Assembly: GCA_902622245.1 (NCBI GenBank)
Contig: CACNPC010000003.1
Coordinates: 55,491 to 119,490 of the forward strand
DNA from: an uncultured Pelagibacteraceae bacterium
Lineage (GTDB): Bacteria; Pseudomonadota; Alphaproteobacteria; Pelagibacterales; Pelagibacteraceae
DNA: 64,000 bases
Direction: 5' to 3'
Notes under the pieces: generated by a model
Seen by the model: the letters and a program-made list of their open reading frames with translations, nothing else
Database searches by the model: none
Told to the model about the DNA's origin: nothing
Program-made: the position numbers and the translations under genes
Part shown: positions 1 to 8,167 of the stretch, in pieces
Layout of the letters: the number at the start of each line of letters is the position of its first letter
How positions within the stretch are numbered: the first letter of the stretch is position 1

Positions 1-431
1 AGTTTTCCAATCTCTATTACCTCAGGGTTTTGTGCTGAGTGAGGATGATCCGATCCTGAATAAACCTTAAGTTTAGTCAATTGTTTTTTAGCTAAAGGAC
101 CTCCAGGCAACATTCTTTTTACAGCCATCTTTAGAACTTCACCTGGTTTTGAAGATTGTAATATTTCAGGTGTTGTTTCTTTAATTCCCCCGGGATGACC
201 TGTGTGTCTATAATATTTTTTATTTGAAAACTTGTTTCCTGTAAATTTTAATTGATCTACGTTTTTAACAACAACAAAATCTCCACTATCCATATGAGGA
301 GTAAATGTTGCTTTATTTTTTCCTCTAAGAATTTTTGATACAACGGTTGCTAGTCTTCCTACCACAGCTCCAGTTGCGTCAATTTCAAACCATTTACTAT
401 TTAGGTCATCTTTTTTAAGAAATTTAGTCAT
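1..431 (-). CDS. rplM: 50S ribosomal protein L13 (3' end runs off the window)
   Basis: Not in ORF track. Manual translation from ATG 431: MTKFLKKDDLNSKWFEIDATGAVVGRLA...FTPHMDSGDFVVV...YYRHTGHPGGIK...AVKRMLPGGPL. Confidence 0.97.
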   Translation of the reverse strand, partial: MTKFLKKDDLNSKWFEIDATGAVVGRLATVVSKILRGKNKATFTPHMDSGDFVVVKNVDQLKFTGNKFSNKKYYRHTGHPGGIKETTPEILQSSKPGEVLKMAVKRMLPGGPLAKKQLTKLKVYSGSDHPHSAQNPEVIEIGK

Positions 432-441
432 AATTGCGGGA

Positions 442-470
442 TTAATACTTATAAATCGATATATTGTCAA
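442..470 (-). promoter_or_regulatory. Putative sigma70 promoter of rplM
   Basis: Minus strand TTGACA (470-465), 17 nt spacer, TATTAA (447-442), then 10 nt to the ATG. Confidence 0.7.
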
Positions 471-575
471 ACGATATACAGTTAGAACTTAAGTCATTTT
501 TGATAGTTTTAACTAATAAATAAGCTATAAATAAGCGATAATATTTGATTATAATAATATCTTAAAAATTTAAAC

Positions 576-580
576 AGGAG
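576..580 (+). promoter_or_regulatory. Shine-Dalgarno site of metY
   Basis: AGGAG 7 nt upstream of ATG 588; a TATAAT lies at 550-555. Confidence 0.7.
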
Positions 581-587
581 CAACTAA

Positions 588-1916
588 ATGTCAGACAAAA
601 AAGGAATGGATCCTAAAACATATAAGTTCGATACCCTTAGTTTACATGCGGGATATCAACCTCATAAAAATGCTGGTTCAAGACAAGTGCCAATATACCA
701 AACAACTTCTTATCTATTTGATGACGTAGATCATGCAGCGGCATTATTTAATTTAGAAAGAGGTGGACATATTTATAGTAGGATATCAAATCCGACAGTT
801 GCCGTTTTAGAAGAGAGAGTAGCTTCATTAGAAGGTGGAACAGCTGCACTTGCTACTTCGTCTGGTATGAGTGCAATATTTCTTGCAGTAATGACTCTTT
901 GTGAAGCAGGAGATCATTTGGTTGTATCATCACAGCTTTATGGTGGAACTGTAAATCTATTTAGACTAACACTTCCAAAATTTGGTATCAAAACAACCTT
1001 TGTAAAACCGAGAGACACAGAAGGATTTAAGAAAGCAATTCAAAAAAACACAAAAGGTATTTTTGGAGAACTAGTAGGAAATCCAGGAAATGAAATAATG
1101 AATATGCCTGAGATTGCTAAAATTGCTCACGATGCTGGTATTCCTTTAATGGTAGATGCAACGTACCAAACACCTTATTTATGCAAACCTATAGATCACG
1201 GTGCTGATATTGTTATTCATTCACTTACTAAATGGATGGCAGGTCATGGATCTTCAATGGCTGGAATAATTGTTGAAGGTGGAAAATTTGACTGGATGCA
1301 AAATGACAAATTCCCAACAATGACACAACCATATGAAGGTTATCATGGGTTATCTTTTGCAGAAGAATTTGGACCAACAGCATTTACAATGAAAGCAAGA
1401 GCTGAAGGTATGAGAGATTTTGGTCCATGTCTAAGCCCTCAAAATGCATGGAATGTATTACAAGGTATTGAAACACTTTCTGTAAGAATGAAAAAGCATT
1501 GCGAGAATGCTGAAAAAATGGTCGAATATTTATTAGGTCACGAAAGTGTTGCTTGGGTTTCACATCCGAGTGTACCAGATCATCCTGATCATGATTTAGC
1601 AAACAAATTATTACCAAACGGTAAAGGATCAATGATAGCATTTGGAATTAAGGGTGGAAAAGCTGCGGGTGAAGCATTTATTAACAACGTTAAACTTGCT
1701 TCTCATTTAGCAAATGTGGGAGATACACGTACATTAGTAATTCATCCTGCATCAGCTACACATTCTCAAATGGATGAAGCTACATTAAAATTTGCAGGTT
1801 TATCACACGATATGATCAGATTATCTGTAGGTATTGAAGATATAGATGATATTAAAAACGACTTTGAAAATGGATTTAGAGCTGCTAGGAAACCTAGACT
1901 CGTATCCAATCAATGA
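588..1916 (+). CDS. metY: O-acetylhomoserine aminocarboxypropyltransferase/sulfhydrylase (PLP-dependent, Cys/Met metabolism family)
   Basis: YSRISNPT, SSGMSA, HSLTKW (PLP lysine), HLANVGD, IRLSVGIE motifs. Confidence 0.88.
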   Translation: MSDKKGMDPKTYKFDTLSLHAGYQPHKNAGSRQVPIYQTTSYLFDDVDHAAALFNLERGGHIYSRISNPTVAVLEERVASLEGGTAALATSSGMSAIFLAVMTLCEAGDHLVVSSQLYGGTVNLFRLTLPKFGIKTTFVKPRDTEGFKKAIQKNTKGIFGELVGNPGNEIMNMPEIAKIAHDAGIPLMVDATYQTPYLCKPIDHGADIVIHSLTKWMAGHGSSMAGIIVEGGKFDWMQNDKFPTMTQPYEGYHGLSFAEEFGPTAFTMKARAEGMRDFGPCLSPQNAWNVLQGIETLSVRMKKHCENAEKMVEYLLGHESVAWVSHPSVPDHPDHDLANKLLPNGKGSMIAFGIKGGKAAGEAFINNVKLASHLANVGDTRTLVIHPASATHSQMDEATLKFAGLSHDMIRLSVGIEDIDDIKNDFENGFRAARKPRLVSNQ

Positions 1917-2728
1917 AGTTTCAAGTAAATAATAATGAGGTTTATGCTTCAACAGGAGGTAGACCATTTGATAAAAATAAACCATTAATTATATTTGTGC
2001 ATGGTAGTGGACTAACTCATATGACATGGGTTTTGCAAACAAGATATTTTGCATTTCATGGATATAGTGTTTTAGCTTTAGATATGCCAGGTCATGGTTT
2101 ATCAGGTGGTGAAAGTTTAAAATCAATTGAGGATATGGCTGATTGGGTAAGTGATGTTATTGATGCAGTTGGTTATAAAGAAGCTTCGCTAGTTGGTCAC
2201 TCACAAGGATGCTTAGTTACTGTTGAGTGTACCGCAAGGAATCCTGATAAAATAAAAACTTTAAGTTTGATGGGTGGTGCTGGTGCAATTCCAATGAACC
2301 CTGAACTATTATCTTTAGCAGAAAATAATGATCCTAAAGCAGTTGAATTAATGATGGACTGGGCTCATGGACCAGCTGGTCACTTTGGAGGTCATCCTGT
2401 ACCAGGTTTATATCATATTAACACTGGTTCAATGTTAGCTAAAACCAGAACAATAAAAAATACCCTCGGTGTAGATTTTAGAGCATGTGATAATTACAAA
2501 AATGGTTTTGAAGCCGCTAAACAAATTAAGATACCTACCCTTTCTATACTTGCTACTGACGATAAAATGTGTCCAGTTAAAGAAGGGAAAAAATTAGCTA
2601 ATTTAATTGAAGGAAGTCAAATAGATATAATTGATAACTGCGGACATATGATGTTATTGGAGGAAGCAGATAGAGTATTAAATGTTTTGAAAAAATTTAT
2701 AACAACAAATTATCCACCAAATAAGTAA
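1913..2728 (+). CDS. Alpha/beta-fold hydrolase (esterase-like), substrate unknown
   Basis: HGSG oxyanion motif, GHSQG nucleophile elbow, candidate Asp (DDKMCP) and His (CGHMM); ATGA overlap with metY. Confidence 0.85.
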   Translation: MKFQVNNNEVYASTGGRPFDKNKPLIIFVHGSGLTHMTWVLQTRYFAFHGYSVLALDMPGHGLSGGESLKSIEDMADWVSDVIDAVGYKEASLVGHSQGCLVTVECTARNPDKIKTLSLMGGAGAIPMNPELLSLAENNDPKAVELMMDWAHGPAGHFGGHPVPGLYHINTGSMLAKTRTIKNTLGVDFRACDNYKNGFEAAKQIKIPTLSILATDDKMCPVKEGKKLANLIEGSQIDIIDNCGHMMLLEEADRVLNVLKKFITTNYPPNK

Positions 2729-2743
2729 CTCCTTTAAGCACTT

Positions 2744-3853
2744 ATGAAAAAAAATTTTAGATTTTTTGATAATAGACAAAAATATCTACTTTTTGTTACA
2801 ACAACTAATGAAAAGAACAAGATTGCTGATGCGTTAAAACCAATTGTACAAAAGTTAAAACCAAAATTTCCAGCATTAAAAATATTTGATGCAGGCATGG
2901 GTGATGGATCATTATTAATGAGTGTAATGAGGCAATGTCATCAGAAAATGCCTCATATTCCTCTACTAGTAAGTACAAAAGAGATAAGTATGGAAGATGT
3001 TAGATTGGGACTTGAAAAACTTCCAGATCGATTTGTTGAACATAAAAATACAGTATTTGTTATATCAAATCTGAATTATGTAGAATCGACAGCACTTAAA
3101 TCAAATGACAAGAATAAACAAAAAAAAATGAATTGGAAAATAGTTAAACTTAAAGGAAATTCATCACTCGATTTTTCAAATCAATTAAGGAAATTAAATC
3201 AAGAATTTTTAAATAAAAAATGGCAAATTGAAAGAAATCCTAGAAATGGAAATCCTACGTATAAAGAGCCATCTGTGATAGTAATTTATAGAAAAGATCA
3301 AGAATTTTCTTTGAAAAATGTTATTCCAAAAAAAAATAACGGAAAGAATAATTATGACTTAATCATTGCATCACAACCATATAGATCAAGGATATCTGCG
3401 CAGAAAAAAGTTAAATATGTTATAGATCCAATGATAAAATCGTTAGATAAAAAAGGTAAATTAGTGGTAGTACATGCAAGTGGAAATGATCCTGGAAACA
3501 AAATTATAAAAAAAATTTGGCCTAAAGAAAAACCATTTCCCTCACTATACGGATCAATTATTAAATATATAAAAAGCAATACTGACAAAGAAATTTTAAA
3601 AAAATTAAAATTTAATAAAAAACAAACTATTAAGTATGTTTTGAGAGCGTTGCCAAATGAAATTAGTGGTGGTATCGCTACGTCATTAATATTTTCAGCA
3701 TGGAATGCCGCTGTGTATGTTAATCAAATTTCAGATGAGCAAATAATGAATGCTGAAAGGAAAAAATATTATCAAAAAGTTGTAAAAGATATAGTCAATA
3801 AAAACAAAGGTTTATATTTCAACAATGAAATATTTGTAATTGAAAAAAAATAA
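2744..3853 (+). CDS. Conserved hypothetical protein with class I SAM-dependent methyltransferase-like motifs
   Basis: KIFDAGMGDG (motif I), acidic residue after strand 2 (TKEIS), YDLIIASQPY (motif IV-like), LDKKGKL. Confidence 0.6.
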   Translation: MKKNFRFFDNRQKYLLFVTTTNEKNKIADALKPIVQKLKPKFPALKIFDAGMGDGSLLMSVMRQCHQKMPHIPLLVSTKEISMEDVRLGLEKLPDRFVEHKNTVFVISNLNYVESTALKSNDKNKQKKMNWKIVKLKGNSSLDFSNQLRKLNQEFLNKKWQIERNPRNGNPTYKEPSVIVIYRKDQEFSLKNVIPKKNNGKNNYDLIIASQPYRSRISAQKKVKYVIDPMIKSLDKKGKLVVVHASGNDPGNKIIKKIWPKEKPFPSLYGSIIKYIKSNTDKEILKKLKFNKKQTIKYVLRALPNEISGGIATSLIFSAWNAAVYVNQISDEQIMNAERKKYYQKVVKDIVNKNKGLYFNNEIFVIEKK

Positions 3854-4870
3854 TCAACTAAATCTATTCCTGTATACAAAATACAATGATGATGTGATTA
3901 ATAATATTGAACTAAACTGATGCAAAGAAGCTGTTAAAATATTAGCACCAGACAAAACAGTAAGAATTCCCAATACAATTTGTAATATTATAATTAAACC
4001 TAAAATGATTACAGGTTTAAATAAATAAAAAAATTTATACCGATAAGTTATGAAAGAAATTGCTATGTATATAATAAATATTATATAAGCTAGATTTCGA
4101 TGTAAATATTGAACTAATGATGGATCGCTAAAAGCAGATACTTTAAATAAATTAACAAATTTATTGTCATCAGGAAAATAAGAATTTCCCATTAGCGGCC
4201 AAGTGTTATATATTTTTCCAGCATCCATACCCGAAACGAATGCACCAATAATAATTTGTAAGAAAATTAGTAATAAAAAGAATTCTGGTAAGTAGTAATT
4301 AATTTTTTTATCTTTTTGTTGAAAGTTTGCTAAACTCAAATAATTCCAAAAAATTAAAGATAAAATTATAAATGCAAAAAAAAGATGTATAGATAATCTA
4401 AAATGGCTTACATCTATATTATTTACAAGACCACTCTGCACCATGTACCAACCCAAAAAACCCTGAAAACAAATCAAAAAAAATATGAAATATAAATTAT
4501 AAAGTTTTTTAATGCCTATTTTGATAGTAAAAAAAATTAAGGGTATCAAAAAAGCCAAACCAATAATTCGTCCAAAAAATCTGTGTGCCCACTCCCACCA
4601 AAATATCACTTTAAATTCCGCTAAAGTCATAGAATAGTTTTGAATTTTAAATTCAGGAATTTGTTTATAAGATTCGAAATATTCTAACCAAGAAGCATTG
4701 TTCATTGGTGGAAAAAAACCTTTAAAAAATTCCCATTTTGTAATTGATAATCCAGAATCTGTAAGTCTTGTTAAACCACCGACAACTATCATTGCTGAAA
4801 CCAAAAAAAACATAAATAACAACCAATTAGATATGTAAATTTTAAATTTTTTATTAATTTCGGTATACAT
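3854..4870 (-). CDS. ctaA: Heme A synthase (COX15/CtaA, type 2)
   Basis: GGLTRLTDSGLSIT, EWAHR, SHFRLSIH, HRNLA, HQ motifs; multiple transmembrane segments. Confidence 0.93.
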   Translation of the reverse strand: MYTEINKKFKIYISNWLLFMFFLVSAMIVVGGLTRLTDSGLSITKWEFFKGFFPPMNNASWLEYFESYKQIPEFKIQNYSMTLAEFKVIFWWEWAHRFFGRIIGLAFLIPLIFFTIKIGIKKLYNLYFIFFLICFQGFLGWYMVQSGLVNNIDVSHFRLSIHLFFAFIILSLIFWNYLSLANFQQKDKKINYYLPEFFLLLIFLQIIIGAFVSGMDAGKIYNTWPLMGNSYFPDDNKFVNLFKVSAFSDPSLVQYLHRNLAYIIFIIYIAISFITYRYKFFYLFKPVIILGLIIILQIVLGILTVLSGANILTASLHQFSSILLITSSLYFVYRNRFS

Positions 4871-4913
4871 AATTGTTTAAATATAATATTTATTGGTAAT
4901 TCCAATTGATCAA

Positions 4914-5204
4914 ATGTCGCCTGATAAAAAAAAAAAATTAAACATATTAAGAAAAAAATTAGATCTTCTTGATAACAAATTAATTAAATTGATAAAAATA
5001 AGAACTAATATTGTTAAAGATGTTCTTAAACTTAAAACTTACAAACACGAGATAGTAGATAAGAAAAGAATATCAATAATTCTTAAAAATATAAAAAAAA
5101 AATCAATTAAAAATAATATTGATCCAAAAATTACAAATAGAATATGGAAAAATATGATTATGTCTTATATTGATTTTGAAAGAAGAAATTTTAAGAAAAA
5201 ATAA
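4914..5204 (+). CDS. Stand-alone chorismate mutase (AroQ/type II)
   Basis: LRKKLDLLD...LIKIRTNIV...IVDKKR pattern; ATG 4914 preferred over TTG 4893. Confidence 0.8.
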   Translation: MSPDKKKKLNILRKKLDLLDNKLIKLIKIRTNIVKDVLKLKTYKHEIVDKKRISIILKNIKKKSIKNNIDPKITNRIWKNMIMSYIDFERRNFKKK

Positions 5205-5396
5205 TTACTTACTGTGAGGTGGTAGCTTCTTCTCAACAAAAACTTCGTGCTTTCTTGTTGCTGGATTATATTTTTTAGCCTTTAATTTTACTTTAGCTTT
5301 TTCCCCACCAGCAGGTTTTTTAACATAGTAAAAGAATGGACTATCAGGTTTTGCCTCGGGAACCAATCTAACTTTTACGTGAGTTTTTTTAGCCAT
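5205..5396 (-). CDS. rpmG: 50S ribosomal protein L33 (no Zn-ribbon cysteines)
   Basis: VKVRLV...FYYVKK...KKYNPATRKHEVFVEKK. Confidence 0.92.
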   Translation of the reverse strand: MAKKTHVKVRLVPEAKPDSPFFYYVKKPAGGEKAKVKLKAKKYNPATRKHEVFVEKKLPPHSK

Positions 5397-5757
5397 TACT
5401 TTTTAAGTTTTTTAATATTTTTGATATTTTATTTAATTTTGTTTTAATAACAGTGCTGTTTATAGTTTTATTATTATTTTCGTCAAGCTCCGATTCTCCT
5501 TCGTTAAGGTATTTTTTAACACCATTAATCGTCATACCTTTGTCTTTTAGAAGATATTGAATTTTTTTTAAGATATCTATTGTTTTGTCATCATAATATC
5601 TTCTTTTTCCAGAAAAAATACTTGGTTTTACTTGTTTAAACTCTTTTTCCCAATACCTCAAAGTGTGAGTTAATAATTTGCCTGTTTTTTTGTCAATTAA
5701 ATTTAGCATTTTCGTTACTTCACCAATAGTTTTATATGTTTTATTAAAATTATTCAT
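5389..5757 (-). CDS. MerR-family transcriptional regulator
   Basis: TIGEV...HTLRYWEKEF...KRRYY...GMTINGVKK; usual alphaproteobacterial neighbour of ihfA. Confidence 0.88.
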   Translation of the reverse strand: MNNFNKTYKTIGEVTKMLNLIDKKTGKLLTHTLRYWEKEFKQVKPSIFSGKRRYYDDKTIDILKKIQYLLKDKGMTINGVKKYLNEGESELDENNNKTINSTVIKTKLNKISKILKNLKSNG

Positions 5758-6043
5758 TTAAGTTAATGTATTTTTTTAATTCATTTGATGGTTTAAACAA
5801 TACAACATTTCTTTCAGTGATAATTTTTTTTTCAAGAGTTTTGGGATTTCTACCATATCTGCTTTTCTTAAACCTTAATTCAAAAGTACCAAATTTTGCT
5901 ATTTTTACTTTTTTTTTTCTTATGAGTTCATCTAAAATAATTGATAAAAAGTCTTCAAGTAAATTTTCAGAAATTTTTTTTGAAAAGCCTAACTGCATAT
6001 AAATAGAATTAATAATGTCTTTTTTTGTTAAATTAATTCTCAT
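5750..6043 (-). CDS. ihfA: Integration host factor alpha / HU-family protein
   Basis: FGTFELRFKKSRYGRNPKT...VVLFKPS; synteny plsX-ihfA-merR. Confidence 0.85.
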   Translation of the reverse strand: MRINLTKKDIINSIYMQLGFSKKISENLLEDFLSIILDELIRKKKVKIAKFGTFELRFKKSRYGRNPKTLEKKIITERNVVLFKPSNELKKYINLNE

Positions 6044-7051
6044 TTAGATTATATTTTTTTTGATTTTATCAATTAAGTTACCTTTTATTATTTTTTCACA
6101 AACTTTTAAAGAGTTTGCAAAACCAACTTCATCTGTTGAACCATGACTTTTTATAACTGGTTTATCTAAACCCAACAATATTGCACCATTATATAATCTT
6201 GGATCCAGTTTTTTTTTAAACTTTTTCAAATTACTTATATTTAATAATGATGATAATTTACCTACAAGTGTGGAGTTTAATGCATTTTTTAATTCAGAAG
6301 TTATAAAGTTAGCTGTACCTTCGGCAGTTTTTAAAGCTATATTTCCAGTAAATCCATCTGTAACAATTACATTTACATCACCATCCATAATATGATTTCC
6401 TTCTATGTAACCTTTAAATTCAAACAAAGAATTTTTTGTTTCATTTAATAATTGGTAAGTATTTTTGATGACATTATTACCTTTTAATTCTTCTGATCCA
6501 ATATTTAGTAATGCTACTTTTGACTCTTCATTTTCAAATAATGATTTGTGTAAAGCTGATCCCATTAAACTAAAATCAACTAAATTTTTTTCATTACATT
6601 CAATATTTGCCCCTAAATCTAAAACTATATTCATTCCATTTTTGTTTGGCCATAACGCTGATAATGCAGGTTTTTCAATTTTATCAATCATTTTTAAGTT
6701 TAACTTTGCAATAACAAATAGTGCACCAGTATTACCTGCAGATACAATTGCATCTGACTCCATTTTTTTTAAACTCTCTATAGATAGCCACATACTTGTA
6801 TCTTTGCCTTTTTTTGCTGCTGCTAATGGACTATCTTCATCTCTAATAAATTTTTCAGTGTGTATTATTTTATAACTATTTTTATTTATATTAGTCTCAG
6901 ATAGCATCGGCTGTATAATTCTTTGATCACCAAAAATATTATAAAAAATATTACTTGATGCAGAACTATGAATTTCTATGCCTTTAATTACTTTTTTAGG
7001 AGAATTCTCTCCACCCATTGCATCAACTGCAATTTTAATTGAGTTGATCAT
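6044..7051 (-). CDS. plsX: Phosphate acyltransferase PlsX
   Basis: IAVDAMGGE, VSAGNTGA, LDLGAN, DGFTGNIALKTAEG, KSHG. Confidence 0.96.
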   Translation of the reverse strand: MINSIKIAVDAMGGENSPKKVIKGIEIHSSASSNIFYNIFGDQRIIQPMLSETNINKNSYKIIHTEKFIRDEDSPLAAAKKGKDTSMWLSIESLKKMESDAIVSAGNTGALFVIAKLNLKMIDKIEKPALSALWPNKNGMNIVLDLGANIECNEKNLVDFSLMGSALHKSLFENEESKVALLNIGSEELKGNNVIKNTYQLLNETKNSLFEFKGYIEGNHIMDGDVNVIVTDGFTGNIALKTAEGTANFITSELKNALNSTLVGKLSSLLNISNLKKFKKKLDPRLYNGAILLGLDKPVIKSHGSTDEVGFANSLKVCEKIIKGNLIDKIKKNII

Positions 7052-7057
7052 AAAATT

Positions 7058-7237
7058 TTAATCTTTAGGATCTATTACTTGTCTACCTTTATAAAATCCT
7101 GTTTTTAGATCCATATGATGCGAAAGTCTATATTCACCAGATTTTTTATCTTCAATTATATTTTTTGATTTCACACCTATATGAGATCTTCTTTTGCCTG
7201 CTCTAGACTTTGTAGTTTTACGTTTTGGTACAGCCAT
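7058..7237 (-). CDS. rpmF: 50S ribosomal protein L32 (no Zn cysteines)
   Basis: Not in ORF track. Manual translation [19 protein letters not shown]...[26 protein letters not shown] (59 aa). Confidence 0.95.
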   Translation of the reverse strand: MAVPKRKTTKSRAGKRRSHIGVKSKNIIEDKKSGEYRLSHHMDLKTGFYKGRQVIDPKD

Positions 7238-7247
7238 AATATTAAAT

Positions 7248-7712
7248 TTACAGGGTTAATATATCTTTTGAAAGATTTTTGAAAGTATTTTTTCTTAAAA
7301 AAAGTACGTATTTATCAAAATATTCAACATAATATTCATTATTATTTAAATCACTTATATATATTTTAAAAATTTCAATTTTTTGAACAGAATCCATTTC
7401 TTCCCATTTATCAATTTTATCTATTATAGAAAAAAGTAAATTTATATAATTTTTCATTTTTTTATTTATAGTTGCATCGCCATATCCGATTTCTCTAATT
7501 GATAATTCTATTTGTCTCACGGAATAATCAAAAAATTTTTGTAAATTATCTTTTTGCTCAATATTCTTATATACTTTAAGTAGTAAACCCAAATGAAAAA
7601 AAAATATAATCATTCTGTCATAAAAAGTATCAGTTTTATTTATATTATATAATTTTTTATTTCTGGTGAGTTTAATTAAATTGTTGTAGATATTTAAATA
7701 TATATCGATCAT
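7248..7712 (-). CDS. Ubiquinol-cytochrome c chaperone family protein (Cbp3/UQCC1-like)
   Basis: DTFYDR...H...LREIGYGD..INKKMK resembles PF03981; ATG 7712 preferred over the 7751 start. Confidence 0.7.
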   Translation of the reverse strand: MIDIYLNIYNNLIKLTRNKKLYNINKTDTFYDRMIIFFFHLGLLLKVYKNIEQKDNLQKFFDYSVRQIELSIREIGYGDATINKKMKNYINLLFSIIDKIDKWEEMDSVQKIEIFKIYISDLNNNEYYVEYFDKYVLFLRKNTFKNLSKDILTL

Positions 7713-8163
7713 GAAATTTCTACTAATTATATTATTTATTTTTACAATCAACTGCCAAGGAAATAAAGTAACAAATTATCATGGCAACAAATCTCTTGAA
7801 AAAAAATATGATATATTAAAAGAGAATTTTACTAATAAAAATGATTTAATAAAAATAATGGGATACCCTTCTACTGTTAGTGATTTTGATGAAAATAAAT
7901 GGTTTTACATTGAAAGACTGAAAACAAATCAATCCTTATTTAAATTAGGAAGACAAAAAATTAAAAAAAATAATGTTTTAATTGTTCAATTAAATGACAA
8001 TGGAATTCTTAAAAGCAAGAAACTATTAAATCTAGATGATATGAACGACATTAAATTTTTAGAAAATACAACCGGTAAAGATTTTTCAAAGAACAATGCT
8101 TTATATGAGGTATTTAGCTCGTTAAGAGAAAAAATAAACGCACCAACAAGAAATATAAAATAA
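7711..8163 (+). CDS. bamE: Outer membrane assembly lipoprotein BamE (SmpA/OmlA)
   Basis: Lipoprotein-like signal (…FTINC), NKNDLIKIMGYPS...WFYI...LIVQLNDNGIL. Confidence 0.85.
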   Translation: MKFLLIILFIFTINCQGNKVTNYHGNKSLEKKYDILKENFTNKNDLIKIMGYPSTVSDFDENKWFYIERLKTNQSLFKLGRQKIKKNNVLIVQLNDNGILKSKKLLNLDDMNDIKFLENTTGKDFSKNNALYEVFSSLREKINAPTRNIK

Positions 8164-8167
8164 TAAT

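Noticed and set aside
4926-4937. 12-A homopolymer near the chorismate mutase start (also 10-11 nt runs in MATE, ugd, galU, adk)
   Set aside because: It encodes KKKK in frame, and such runs are expected in an AT- and Lys-rich genome; no sign of phase variation
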